From: Malacoraja senta
Taxonomy: Eukaryota
Assembly (NCBI GenBank): GCA_038087875.1
Contig: CM076000.1
Location: 1,674,001 to 1,738,000, forward strand
Length of the DNA: 64,000 nucleotides
Reading direction: 5' to 3'
Program-made: the position numbers and the translations under genes
Notes under the pieces: model-generated
Told to the model about the DNA's origin: nothing
Seen by the model: the letters and a program-made list of their open reading frames with translations, nothing else
Databases searched by the model: none
Part shown: piece by piece, positions 34,790 to 46,734 of the stretch
Layout of the letters: every line of letters starts with the position of its first letter
Position numbering within the stretch: the first letter of the stretch is position 1

Positions 34790-37600
34790 TTGCTGGCAAC
34801 AATGGGTTTCTCCCCGATTAACTCAATGTATTGTATGCCCGCTTTGAACAGCAGGTCAGTAGAGGAACATCACCTGCCCCGGCAGTCTCGGGTCCACCTG
34901 CACCAATGATTATAGTGGCAGACGCAAGATTGGTCTTCCTGAGAATTAATCGACAGAAAGCAACTGGCAGAGGTATTCACAGACCTCTTTAACCTCTCAC
35001 TACTTTCTGAGGTCTAAACCTGCTTTAAGATGACCACTATCACCCCGGTGCCAAAGGAAAGTGCTTTAATGATGATGGGCCAGTGCCTCTGTCATCCACT
35101 ATCTTAAAATGCTTTGAGAGACTGGTGATGGCACACATTAACTCCAGCCTCCCAGCCAGCCTTGATCCACTGCAGTTTGTTTACCATCGCAACAGGTCCA
35201 CATCAGATGCCATCTCCCTGGCCCTAAACTCATCCCTGGAACACCTAGATAACAAGGACTCATAATTTAAAATCCTATTTATTGATTCGCGCTCCACCTA
35301 CAACACCATAATCCAAACTTATCTCCAAACTCTGGGACCTAGGAATCAGCACGCCCCTCTACCACTGGATCCTCGACTTTCTGACCCACAGTCCACAATC
35401 AGTGAGGGTAGGTGACAACACCTCCTCCACAATAATTCTCAACACCGGTCTTCTTCTTCTTGCGAATGAAACATAAATCAAAGGAATAGTTAGATCTCAA
35501 GCCGGGTGTTGAGCAGCCAAGTTGTTATCTCTGCGTCAATGTCTGCCAGGCCCTGGGCTTCATTTGGTGGGTGGTAGAGCGGGCACCCAGAGATGACATG
35601 GTTGGCTGTCTGTTGTTCTGCTCCACATTCACAGGCTGGGCTCTGGCGGAGCCCCCATCTCCACATGTTAGCATTGAAATGCCCAACTCCAGTACGAAGT
35701 CTGTTGAGCTTCACCTATGCTCCTCTGGGGAGGTCAGACCCTGGACAGCTTTTATTTGGTGAAGAGATGTAGCTGTGTAATGAAGATGAGGTTGCTTTCC
35801 ACTCCTGTGACAACTTGGTGGCTATCCAGTGTGCTTTTGTCTCAGTTGGCTGGATGGATGCTAGGAGTTGTTTTCCATGTGGAGCAAAGGGGTGACGGGA
35901 CTCCAGTGGGGTGGCCTCTGCTCTCTGCTGATAGCCTGATGGAGGAGGTGGTCTGGGTCCATGGCACGACGAGATAGTGCCAGAGTTGCTGCTTGCCTTC
36001 AGATCCCTGCAGGCGGAATGCCTGCAAGTATAGGGAGCTGCTCGACTGGAGTAGGGTGAAGGCACCAGTGATGGTTCGCAAGGTGCTGTTCAGGCTTGTG
36101 TCTACCAGGCTAGTTTGTCTACATACGGGTGCGTAGTTCTCAGCTGGAGCATACACAAGAGCTAAGGCAGAGGTGCGAAGAGTTGCTGGACTGGCTCCCC
36201 AACTTGTTCCTGCCAGGCATCGGATGAGGCCGCTACGTGCCATGACCTTGTCGCGGAGACCAGCCAGGTGTTGACGGAATGTAATCAACCTGTCCAGCTT
36301 TACGCCGAGGTAAGTAGGTGTTTGTTGGAAGTCCAAGCGCCTGTTGTTAACGAAGACAGCTGGCTCTCGCTTAGCTTCCTTGTTGTTTAGATGAAATGCT
36401 GTTGACACTGTTTTGCCTTCGCTCAGCTTTAGACGCTACTGTCTTAGGTATACTGCCAGTCCCCATGTCTTGACTCAAGGAGCTTTCGATTGTCTTCCAC
36501 TCTTTATGTCTCATCAGGATGGATAGATCGTCAGCATACCCATATTTTCCAGCGATGGTCACTGGGAGGTCATGGATGTACACGATGTACATGGTCAACA
36601 CCGGTGCCCTGCAAGGATGGTTCTCAGTCACCCTACTCTACTCTCTAAACATTCACAACTGTACAGCCAAATTTGGCTTTAACTCCATCTACAAGTTTGC
36701 AAATGGCACCACTGTGGTGGGCCAGATCACAAACAATGACGAGATGGAGTGCACGAAGGAGATAGAGGTCATAGCAACATGGTGTCAGGACAATAACCTC
36801 TCCTTTAATGTCAACAATGCAAAAAAGCTAGTTATCGGCTTCAGGAACCATGGGGAAGTAGATGCCACAATCGGCATCAATGATGCCAAAGTGGAAATGA
36901 TTGAGATCTTCAAGTTCCTTGGCATTAATATTACCAATGCTTTGTTGTGGATCAACCACATTAATGTGACAGCCAAGAAATCACTACTTCCTGAGGAGAC
37001 TGAGGAACTGTGGCATGTTACCAATGACTTCTACTGATGCACCATAGAAATCACATGGTCGGGTTGCATCACAGCTTCGTTTTGGAACAGCTGTGACCAA
37101 GACCGTAAGAAATTGCAGAGTTGTAGATGCAGCCCCGTCCATTACACAGACCAGACTTCCCACCATTGACTCCATCAACATCTTACCTTGCCTCGGAAAA
37201 GCAGTCCACATAATCAAAACTTGTCCCACTCCAAAAATTCCTTCTTTTCCCTGCTCCCATCTTGCAGAAGGTACAAAAGCTCGAAAACACGCACTACCAG
37301 TATCAGGAACTGCTTCTTCCCCACTGTTTTCAGGCTTCTGAACAGTCCTTCCATCAGCTAGGGTACAGTCCGATTGACCTCTAACCCATTGCAGGCATTG
37401 AACTTTGTCTCTGGAACTGATGTGCTACAATGCTGAGAACTATATTCTGCACTCTGTATCGTGCCCCCTTTGCACTATCTATTGTACTTGAGTTTTGATT
37501 TGATTGTATTTATGCATAGTGTTATCTGATCTGTTTGGATAGCAAGTAAAACCAAGCATTTTGCTGTACCCCAGTGCATGTGACAATAATAAATATCTCA
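34790..37600 (+). mobile_element. degenerate Rex1 LINE (RT region to 3' UTR), interrupted by a Vingi-like LINE
   Basis: [46 protein letters not shown]...IYKFANGTTVVGQITNNDE...WCQDNNL. Confidence 0.9.
35450..36594 (-). mobile_element. Vingi/Ingi-like non-LTR retrotransposon 3' fragment
   Basis: YGYADDL, PTYLGVKLDR, AGTSWGASPATLRTSALAL and the C-terminal LNRLRTGVGH...CECG...HVISGCP knuckle. (GAA)n tail. 11-bp TSD TCAACACCGGT (35439-35449, 36595-36605). Confidence 0.85.
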
Positions 37601-38186
37601 CCTCTCTGTATCTTGCCTCATCAATAACATTTTCCAGTTTCTGGCAACATTGTCAAGAATCTGATTTGTACTCTTTCTTTCCTGTAACGTTTGGACAAAA
37701 CTGTACTCGGTTCTCAATCTGGGACCTAAGTGTTGTACACAGTTCCGGCACAACCTCCCATTTCTTCTGTTCAATGCAATGGCAGAAAAAAAAGCAAATT
37801 GTAGATCTTTTCCAACCATCTTATTGATCTGTCCTGCAATAATTTGGGATCTGTGGATATCCAAGGTCCCTGTTGTTATGGGAATAGCGATATTAAAACA
37901 CCTGTTGCTCCACACCTCTCCATATCCTCTCATTTATATCTATTCCCTTGCCACATTGCTCTTTCCCAAATGCATTTTCTCACACAACTGCAGACTGAAT
38001 TGCATTAGTCAATTTTCTGCTCAAGTTACCAGTCCATCCGTATAGTCTAATCAACTATTCAATCCCTTCTGTTATCAGGCTTCTGAACGGCCCTTCTATC
38101 AGCTAGGATACTGTTCGATTCATCTCTACCCCATTGAGAACATTGGAATTTGTCTATGAAGCTGATGCACTCCAATGCTGAGAACT

Positions 38187-39780
38187 AACTAAAACTCTGA
38201 TCTTGTGCTCTTCCGGTTTACATAGATACATAGAAAATAGGTGCAGGAGTAGGCCATTCGGCCCTTCGAGCCTGCACCGCCATTCAATACGATCATGGCT
38301 GGGTTGCGGGGTTTTTCTATTTGCACAAAAACGGTACGGGATGGTGCTGCGATTTTCCGCCCCCTTACTCACCATTCTCCTGTGCTGCGAGTGCATCAAG
38401 TTTTGTTCCGATCTATGGTATATTGTAAAAGTTATCGAGGTTTAAAAATTGTAAAAATCGCGCATGCGCAGATTGCTGCCAGTCACCGCCACGCAGATTG
38501 GTCTCCTCTCGTGTCACTCAGGTGGCGGCCTAGCTAAGGGCTGGAGTCGTGCCCAAGCCCGGGGCCTGGGTCAAGGTGTACCAGCGCCTCGGGGGCCGCC
38601 CAGCCGCTGCCATCCTGCGGCACAGCCTCTGCTTCCTGCTCTGTGGGCAACTCTGGCTCGGTCGCCCACCATCCTCACCCCACCCCCGGCATAGTGAGCC
38701 TGGCTCCGTCGAGGACCAGGTCCGCGAGTGCTTCGGCCGCCTCCAGCCAGGGCTGGGCCGAGTACAAGAACCAGGCTGAGTTCCAGGCCCTGGCGCCGCT
38801 CTATGATATGGGTAGGAGCTGGGGCAGGGAATTGGAGTGAGGGGAGGAGGATGAGGGAAATGAGGAGGAGGAAGATGGGGTGGTAGAGGGAGATGGGGGG
38901 CGGAGGGGGGAGAGAGGGATGAGGGATGATGTCTACCCGCTGGAGAGGGATACCCTGGGTCCCGGGACGGGCAGCGCCTCAGCGGCTCCTGCCCGCGGGC
39001 GCGGTCACCAGGAGGGGCCCTAACGCACCGCAGTGTTACACGGAGAGAGAGAGCGCCGCAGCCCGGCCCACAGCACGGGGGGGGGGGAGAAGACGGAGGG
39101 AGGGGGGGCAGAGGGGGGAGGGAGGGAGGGGGGAGGGAGCGGGGAGAGAGGGATGAGGGAGGGAGGGGGAGGGAGGGAGGGGGAGAGAGGGATGAGGGAG
39201 GGGGAGACAGGGATGAGGGGGTAGAGAGGGATGAGGGGGGGAGAGAGGGATGAGGGGGGGAGAGAGAGATGAGGGGGGAGGGGGAGAGAGGGATGAGGGG
39301 GTAGAGAGGGATGAGGGGGAGAGAGAGGGATGAGGGGGGAGAGAGGGATGAGGGGGAGGGGGAGAGAGGGGATGAGGGAGAGGGATGAGGGAGGGAGGGG
39401 GAGAGAGGCATGAGGAAGGGAGCGAGGAGGGATGAGGGAGGAAGGGAGAGAGGGATGAGGGAGGGAAGGGGAGGGAGGGAGGGGAGAGAGAGGGAGGGAG
39501 GGGGAGAGAGGGGGGAGAGGTGTAGTGGAGTGCAGGGGGTATGGAGGGGGGTAGAAGGTTGATGGGCAAGGTGGGATAGCGGGGGGAGTAGAGGGAGAGG
39601 GGGACATGGAGGGGTGGATTTGATGGGAGGGGAATAGGCGTGAGTGGTGGAATATTACGTTGGGGAGACGGGTAGTGTTGGGGGAATGGGTGAGTGGCGG
39701 AATATTGCGTTGGGGGATGGGTTGTATTGGGGACCAGGCCTCCCATGTGACAGGGACCCAACGGGTCCCACTTAGTCTAG
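38187..39780 (+). mobile_element. non-autonomous Helitron (copy B), extreme 5' end lost, GC-rich cargo
   Basis: Perfect hairpin GGGACCC-AAC-GGGTCCC (39753-39769) followed by ACTTAGTCTAG|T. 5' subterminal ACTAAAACTCTGATCTTG and AAAACGGTAC motifs. Confidence 0.85.
39078..39520 (+). repeat. polypurine minisatellite (unit ~GGGGAGAGAGGGATGA)
   Basis: Many degenerate tandem units made almost entirely of G and A. Source of the spurious Pro/Ser/Leu-rich ORFs. Confidence 0.95.
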
Positions 39781-41419
39781 TATGTGATAACAATAAACCT
39801 AAACCTAAAACAAAAAAAGAACCATTGGCAGAACTTAGCAGGCCAAGCAGCATTTGTGGAGGTTAAAGGTACACATTAGTATTTTGAGTATTTGAAATAA
39901 ATCAAGTGATCACCTGAATGTATTACTCCTCAATTAATATAAACAGATTAAAACACTTCACATATATTGCTTCCAATGGCTTTGCTGGAACATGAAATAT
40001 TGGCCTACGTAATATTATAATACTTAAAACCATTACAAAATTAATAGTATTAATAATTTTCGTAGTGCTGTGCAATGATGTAAAGACATGAATCACAGTA
40101 TTGTTTACTGCAGTTTCTATTTTTGTCAGAAACATTAACAAATAGTTTATTTTTCCCATGCTTGACTTTTATATTGATTGAGTTTCAAGTTCTATAACAA
40201 GATGCACCACATGTGAAACAATTTTTTTTTTAACAATTCATTGACAAAGTCTCATGCTTTCCAACAAAGAAACATCACACACTTGATTGTTATTCCAATA
40301 TTTGAAGTTGCTGGTTTTGTGTCAACCACAAAGCTGACACAAAGCCAAAACCGTACAGTGTATTGTTTTAGCCAGTAAGAGTAATCTTTACCACAAGATG
40401 AATCCATTTCCTTCAGTAATTTGTTAAAATGGATTAAAAAAAATAATACAAATGAAGGAATGCTGGATCCATAACAATATCTGTTAAGAACTCGTGGCTC
40501 ACACCACTTTTATTGTTTCAGATGCTATAGCCTTACCTCAAGACTTCTAATTTTGAATGTCATCTTTTTGAAACTTTAAATCGTATGTGATAACCTAACT
40601 GCATTACACAAATTTCATTTAAATACTTTTGGCTACAAAATAATGTCTCATTTCAGCCCATACTTTGACTGGAATCTTGTATTTTATTGTAGCATACATG
40701 GCAATGCACTGAAAAAACATCTATTTCCGTCACTTGGAACATAAGCTGTCTTTATATATTCTAAGAAATAGAAACTTAATCATTAAACTATTGAATATAG
40801 TGGTCTATTTGTGTTGAATGCTGTTTCTGGGATTAATTTTCATTTAGATAAAATAAGTACAAATGATTTAGGACGTTAATATTTTAAAAGGCATGAAGGA
40901 AAATCAACTCTATCTCTGGTAATAAATAAAATAATTCAGGAGATTTCCAAATTTGATAATAATTTTGATCCAGATATTGCAGGTGAAAGAATAGTAGAAC
41001 CACTGGTGTCAACTGGTAGTATTAACTTTGAGATGCATGTTCAGATATGAAAAACAACATTTTCTGTCAGCACAAAAAAAACTGCTGGAGGAGCTCAATG
41101 GGCTGAGCAGCATCCATAGAAGCAAAGGAACGGTTGATGTTTTAGGTTAAAAGCCTGCATCAAGAATCCCTGCAGTCAATGATTTGGTGATTGATTCACT
41201 GCAAACTTGCAGAGTGTCTTCCATGTTGAACTCAATACAGGTCAACAAGAGAACTTGAACATGAACTATTGAGCTAAGTTTGAAGAAGGGTCTTGACCGA
41301 AAACGTTATCTATCCATAGATGTTTTGTGTAGTTTAGTTTAATTTATTTTTACCTGTACCGAGGTACAGTGAAAAAGCTTTTTGTTGCATGCTATCCAGT
41401 CAGCGGAAAGAGTATACAT

Positions 41420-41936
41420 CAGGCACGTGCTGTGAGTAATTACTCAGGGTAGGCACTGGGCAATCAGTCGACCTTTAAAAACCGTAAAAATCGCGCATGC
41501 GCAGAAAATCATAAAACCGCGCACGCGCAGATCGGTCCTGTAGGCAGTCAGTCGACTTTTAAAAAGATCTTTAAAAAACACGCAATCGCAGATTGGTCTC
41601 CTCTCCTGTGGGAATGTGCAGCACCTTGCGCGCAGTCCATGGTGCAAAGGCAGGCTTTCAGCTGCCTTTATTGCCCGTTGTAAGTGAAGGCTTGAAGCAG
41701 CGTCCATGGCACGCGAGTTGAACATAGTTACGCGTATTACATGTACTGCGGATTAAAGGCATGGGAGAATTACGCCTACCTAAGATCGATTATTAAAATA
41801 ATAACCATTCAATAATAAATACAGAATTTAGTAAATGAATTGTAAATCTTTACTATTTATATTTAATAATTACCTTTTTATAATTTTAGTCAGGGTAGGC
41901 ACTGCCTACCTTGCCTACCCTGACGGCAGGTGCCTG
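41420..41936. mobile_element. non-autonomous hAT-like element inserted in a LINE 3' fragment
   Basis: Imperfect TIR CAGGCACGTGCTGT / ACGGCAGGTGCCTG. 8-bp TSD GTATACAT / GTATAAAT (one mismatch). Subterminal CAGGGTAGGCA repeats form a palindrome at 41889-41924. Confidence 0.8.
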
Positions 41937-42039
41937 GTATAAATGATTACAATCGAGCCGTTTATAGTGTGCATATACAGGATGAAGGGGAAAACATACA
42001 GTGCAAGTCCAGTAAAGCGATTAGAGATAGTCCAAAGGT

Positions 42040-42878
42040 TGGGTGAGTGGGCAAATGCAGTATAATGTGGATAAATGTGAGGTTATCCACTTTGGTGGCA
42101 AAAACAGGAAAGTAGACTATTATCTGAATGGTGGCCGATTAGGTAAAGGGGAGATGCAACGAGACCTGGGTGTCATGGTACACCAGTCATTGAAAGTAGG
42201 CATGCAGGTGCAGCAGGCAGTGAAGAAAGCGAATGGTATGTTAGCATTCATAGCAAAAGGATTTGAGTATAAGAGCAGGGAGGTTCTACTGCAGTTGTAC
42301 AGGGTCTTGGTGAGACCACACCTGGAGTATTGCGTACAGTTTTGGTCTCCTAATCTGAGGAAAGACATTCTTGCCATAGAGGGAGTACAGAGAAGGTTCA
42401 CCAGACAGATTCCTGGGATGGCAGGACTTGCATATGAAGAAAGACTGGATAGACTCGGCTTGTACTCGCTAGAATATAGAAGATTGAGGGGGGATCTTAT
42501 AGAAACGTACAAAATTCTTAAGGGGTTGGACAGGCTAGATGCAGGAAGATTGTTCCCGATGTTGGGGAAGTCCAGAACAAGGGGTCACAGTTTAAGGATA
42601 AGAGGGAAGTCTTTTAGGACCAAGATGAGAAAATCATTTTTTACACAGAGAGTGGTGAATCTGTGGAATTCTCTGCCACAGAAGGTAGTTGAGGCCAGTT
42701 CATTGGCTATATTTAAGAGGGAGTTAGATGTGGCCCTTGTGGCTAAAGGGATCAGGGGGCATGGAGAGAAGGCAGGTACAGGATACTGAGTTGGATGATC
42801 AGCCATGATCATATTGAATGGCAGTGCAGGCTCGAAGGGCCGAATGGCCTACTCCTGTACCTATTTTCTATGTTTCTA
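42040..42878 (+). mobile_element. young CR1 LINE 3' fragment with an open ORF2 C-terminus
   Basis: 248-aa ORF with QLYRVLVRPHLEYCVQFWSP...RRLRGDLIETYKILKG...RTRGHSL and an intact 3' UTR. Confidence 0.95.
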
Positions 42879-43860
42879 AAGGTATCCAGTGAGGTCGATG
42901 GTAACTCAGGGCCGCTCTCTAGGTGTTGATAGGATGGTTCAGTTGCCTGATGACAGCTGGAAAGAAACTGTCCCTGAATCTGGAGCTGTGTGTTTTCACA
43001 CCCATACCTTTTGCCTGATGGGAGAGGGGAGAAGAGGGAGTGACCGGGGTGAGACTCGTCCTCGATTATGCTGGTGGCCTTGCCGAGGCAGCGTGAAGTG
43101 TAGATGGAGTTAAAGGAAGGGAGGTTGGTTTGTGTGGTCTGGGCTGTGTCCACAATTCTCTGCAATTCACACTGCCTGACGTGCTGAGTTACTCCAGCAC
43201 TTTGTGTCTTTTTTTTGTAGACCTGCATCTGCAGTTCCTTGTATCCCCGTGAACTAATTGCTCGCAACTGAACTAGGAAACTCATCCAAAGATCCCATGT
43301 CAGTTTAAAGAGATGTAAGGGGAATTTCTCTGTTAATTTTAATCAGAGGGGGCAACTGTGTGAGACTCTGGCAGTAATATGTTCTTTACAAGGTTTCTTT
43401 TAAAATCTTTTTAATGGATAATTAATTTAGATATTTTAATGTGTTTAAATGTGTAGATTATTAGAAACATATTCTGAAGTCAGCATTTTCCAAGCATTTT
43501 TAAGAAGTCAAACTGCATTAGCTGGTAAGACTGGGAGTGTGCCTTTACTCCTGATTGTGTGGACTGGCTGCATTTTGAACGCCCAGTCTGATGTTCTTCT
43601 CCACATAGGTGAAAACAACACGCAAGTACTCCCTGTGGAGAGATCTCCCGGCATTATCTCTGGATTGATCCCAGGAGGATAGCTGAAGATGTGCGTCTCT
43701 GTTTCTGCCAAAGTTCACAATGAAGTTGCTGGCTCAACACTGACTTCACAATCTGATTTGTTTAAGAAAGAACTGCAGATGCTGGAAAAATCGAAGGTAA
43801 ACAAAAATGCTGTAGAAACTCAGCGGGCGAGGCAGCATCTATGGAGCGAAGGAAATAGGT

Positions 43861-43888
43861 GACGTTTCGGGTCAAGACCCTTCTTCAG
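43861..43888 (-). ncRNA. minimal hammerhead ribozyme core in a Penelope pLTR
   Basis: The reverse complement reads CUGAAGA-A-GGGUCUUGACCC-GAAACGUC. Confidence 0.65.
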
Positions 43889-44525
43889 ACTGATGTGGGG
43901 GTGGGGGGGGGCAGGAAGAAGAAAGGAACTGGTGGTTTGGGTGGGAAGGGACGAATTGACCCAGGGACAATTCCCTTCCCACCCAAACCACCCCCTCCCC
44001 TGGTACTTTCCCTTGCAACCGCAGGAAATGCTACACTCATTGCTTTACCTCCCCCCTCGACTCCATCCAAGGACCCAAGCAGTCTTTCCAGGTGAGGCAG
44101 AGGTTCACCTGCACCTCCTCCAACCTCATCTATTGCATCCGCTGTTCGAGGTGCCAACTGCTCTACATCGGTGAGACCAAGCGCAGGCTTGGCGATCGCT
44201 TCGCCCAACACCTCCGCTCAGTTCGCATTAACCAACCTGATCTCCCGGTGGCTCAGCACTTCAACACCCCCTCCCATTCCGAATCCGACCTTTCTGTCCT
44301 GGGCCTCCTCCATGGCCAGAGTGAGTCCCACCGCAAATTGGAGGAGCAGCACCTCATATTTTGCTTGGTAGTTTACACCCCAGCGGTATGAATATTGACT
44401 TCTCCAATTTCAGGTAGTCCTTGCCTTCTCCCTCCTTCCCCTCCCCTTCCCAGCTCTCCCACAGCCCACTGTCTCTACCTCTTCCTTTCTTCTTCCCGCC
44501 CCCCCCCCCCCACCCCCACGTCAGT

Positions 44526-44553
44526 CTGAAGAAGGGTCCGGACCCGAAACGTC
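44526..44553 (+). ncRNA. minimal hammerhead ribozyme core in a Penelope pLTR
   Basis: CUGAAGA-A-GGGUCCGGACCC-GAAACGUC: CUGANGA box, stem II, GAAA, palindromic ACGU and a UC cleavage site. Confidence 0.65.
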
Positions 44554-45104
44554 ACCTATTCCTTCACAATCTGATTTGTTATACTGGACATAGGTTTATG
44601 GTGAGTGAGGGGAAAGATTTAATAGGAACCCAAGGGGTAACTTTTTTTACACAAAGGGTGGTAGGTGTATGGTACGAGCTGCCGGAGGAGGTGGTTGAAG
44701 CAGGTATTATTGCAACATTTAAGAAATATTTAGACAGGCACATGGATAGGATAAGTTGCAAGGGATATGGGCCAAATGCAGGCAGGTGGGACTAGTGTAG
44801 ATGGGGCATGTTGGTCGCCGTGGGCAAGTTGGGACGAAGGGCCTGTTTCCACACTGCATGACTCTATATCTTCCAAATTGACTCTGCAATTTGGGCAAGT
44901 TATTTATCCCAGAATGAGCTCTGTTGCATTCTTTGAAGATTAATTTCACGAGAATGAAGATGATAAAAAATAGCATCCTGTAAACCAAGCAGAGATTAGA
45001 GCCACTCCTGATCCCTTCTTCTCAAAGATTGGATCTTTTCAAAACTGTATTGTTTCTAATTTAAAAAATCCACCTATACAAAGCACAAAAATTTTAATGG
45101 GATA

Positions 45105-46270
45105 TCTATATAATTAAAAGTGTCATCTTGACCACTTCCTGTCTGCGCTGTATATTGATTTTAGAAAAAACGCTACCATATATCGCTATGATTTTTGGCT
45201 ATCTTACTCACAGTCCGCCTCCACTGAGCAGGCCCCGAGGATTTTTCCCATCGATGAAAAAAAAAAGTTATGAGTGTTTCAAAAACCTTGAGATCCTCTC
45301 GCCTGTCAATCACCATGATGAAGGTACGCCCCTTCCGGGGGGGGGGGGGGGGCAGGACTATAAACCCCGGATGCCTGGACGTGACTCAGTCACTCTGCAA
45401 GATCGCGAGGGAGAGGCCACGACTCTCATTCTAAGCTGTGAATCAACTGAACTGTGGGTCTTGCAATAAATGCAATAAATGATTTGTTAGCCCTTAATGA
45501 CAATGCCATGAGCCGCCTGCCCTACCTGTGCTTGAAACTGCAATGCTTTATTAGGTCCGACTGTTTTTGGAAGGAATAAAAGCTTTATTAGGTCCGACTG
45601 TGTTTGGTTCAAAAGTCCCGCTCATTTCGTGACTTCCGCTTAGTGGACAGGTCACGCTGATTGCGTAATTTCCGGTGAGTGCTGAGGTCGTGCTGATTGC
45701 GTAATTTCCGGTAAGTGCAGAGGTCATGCTGATTGCAAAAGTGCCGCTGACTGTGGAAGCCCCAAAGTGGAGAGGCCGCGCTCAGCCGTGTGAGTATTCA
45801 AGAAAGTTTACTGCCATGGATATGGTGTGTGAGTCAGTGAGTGTGTGAGTGTATGTGTTTGTGAGTGTGTGAGTGTGTGTGTGTGTGTGAGTGTGTGAAA
45901 ATGTATGTGTGTGTGTGAGTGTCTGTGTGTGTATATGTGTTTGTGAGTGTATGTGTGTGTGTATGTATGTGTGTGTGTGTACGTGTTTGTGAGTGTGTGT
46001 GTGAGAGAGTGTGTGTGTGTGTGAGTGAGTGTGTGAGTGTGTGGTCTCAGTGACTGAGCTGCCAGCCAAAGAATCCATTCGGCCCACAATGTCCATACTA
46101 GCCCTCTGGAAACCAGTCCCTTCGGCCCACAACACCATGCTAGCGCTCCAGAAAGGCCCCCCCCCCCCAATTGGCCAGCAATATTGGAATTGGTGGAGAG
46201 GTGGAATATTGCATTGGGGGTCCAGCCCTCCCGTATGAAGCTGGGACCCAACGGGTCCTACTTAGTCTAG
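45105..46270 (+). mobile_element. non-autonomous Helitron (copy C), both termini intact
   Basis: A|TCTATATAATTAAAAG ... GGGACCCAACGGGTCC-TACTTAGTCTAG|T, no TSD. Internal short tandem repeats and a (GT)n tract. Confidence 0.9.
45826..46042 (+). repeat. degenerate (GT)n microsatellite
   Basis: Direct inspection. Confidence 0.95.
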
Positions 46271-46734
46271 TAATCTCTTATAATTGGATTAGCCATTAAC
46301 GTCGCAATAAGAATGGAGTCACAAACAGCTGGGGTTGGATAGATACATTATTAATTTAGAATATTTATGATGAAGGTCACAATATTTTTAAATGTTTGCA
46401 CAAGAAGTTGTTGAATGATTAAATGAGCAAAGAAATAGAGAAAATCTTTACATCTGGTACTCTATGTTAACAAGCAATTCTGATTCCATGGAAATTCCAA
46501 GGTTTGATTTTCTATTTAAATCAGTGCAGCATCTCAGCTTAAAATCTGTAATGTGAGTAAGTGAAGCTATCAGCATTCGTTAAGATGAATGAGATTTACC
46601 CACTACTTCTGGAGTGGACACGTGTGGAACTAAAGTGGAAGCAGAAGCTGTCAGTCATTGTCTACAAACAGCCCTCTTGTAGTCTTCTCCACAGCAATCA
46701 CCAGAAATCAGTGAGTTAATGGGAACAGTTATTC

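Larger units (their letters stand above)
43763..44561 (+). mobile_element. Penelope-like element (GIY-YIG fragment) with inverted upstream pLTR
   Basis: ORF 44092-44391 NLIYCIRCSRCQLLYIGETKRRLGDRFAQHLRSV. Inverted terminal repeats. 19-bp duplication CTTCACAATCTGATTTGTT (43744-43762, 44562-44580). Confidence 0.93.

Noticed and set aside
38530..39853. Long Pro/Ser/Leu-rich minus-strand ORFs (241-293 aa)
   Set aside because: Artefacts of the stop-poor purine minisatellite.
45782..46251. His/Thr-rich ORFs
   Set aside because: Translation of the GT/CA microsatellite.
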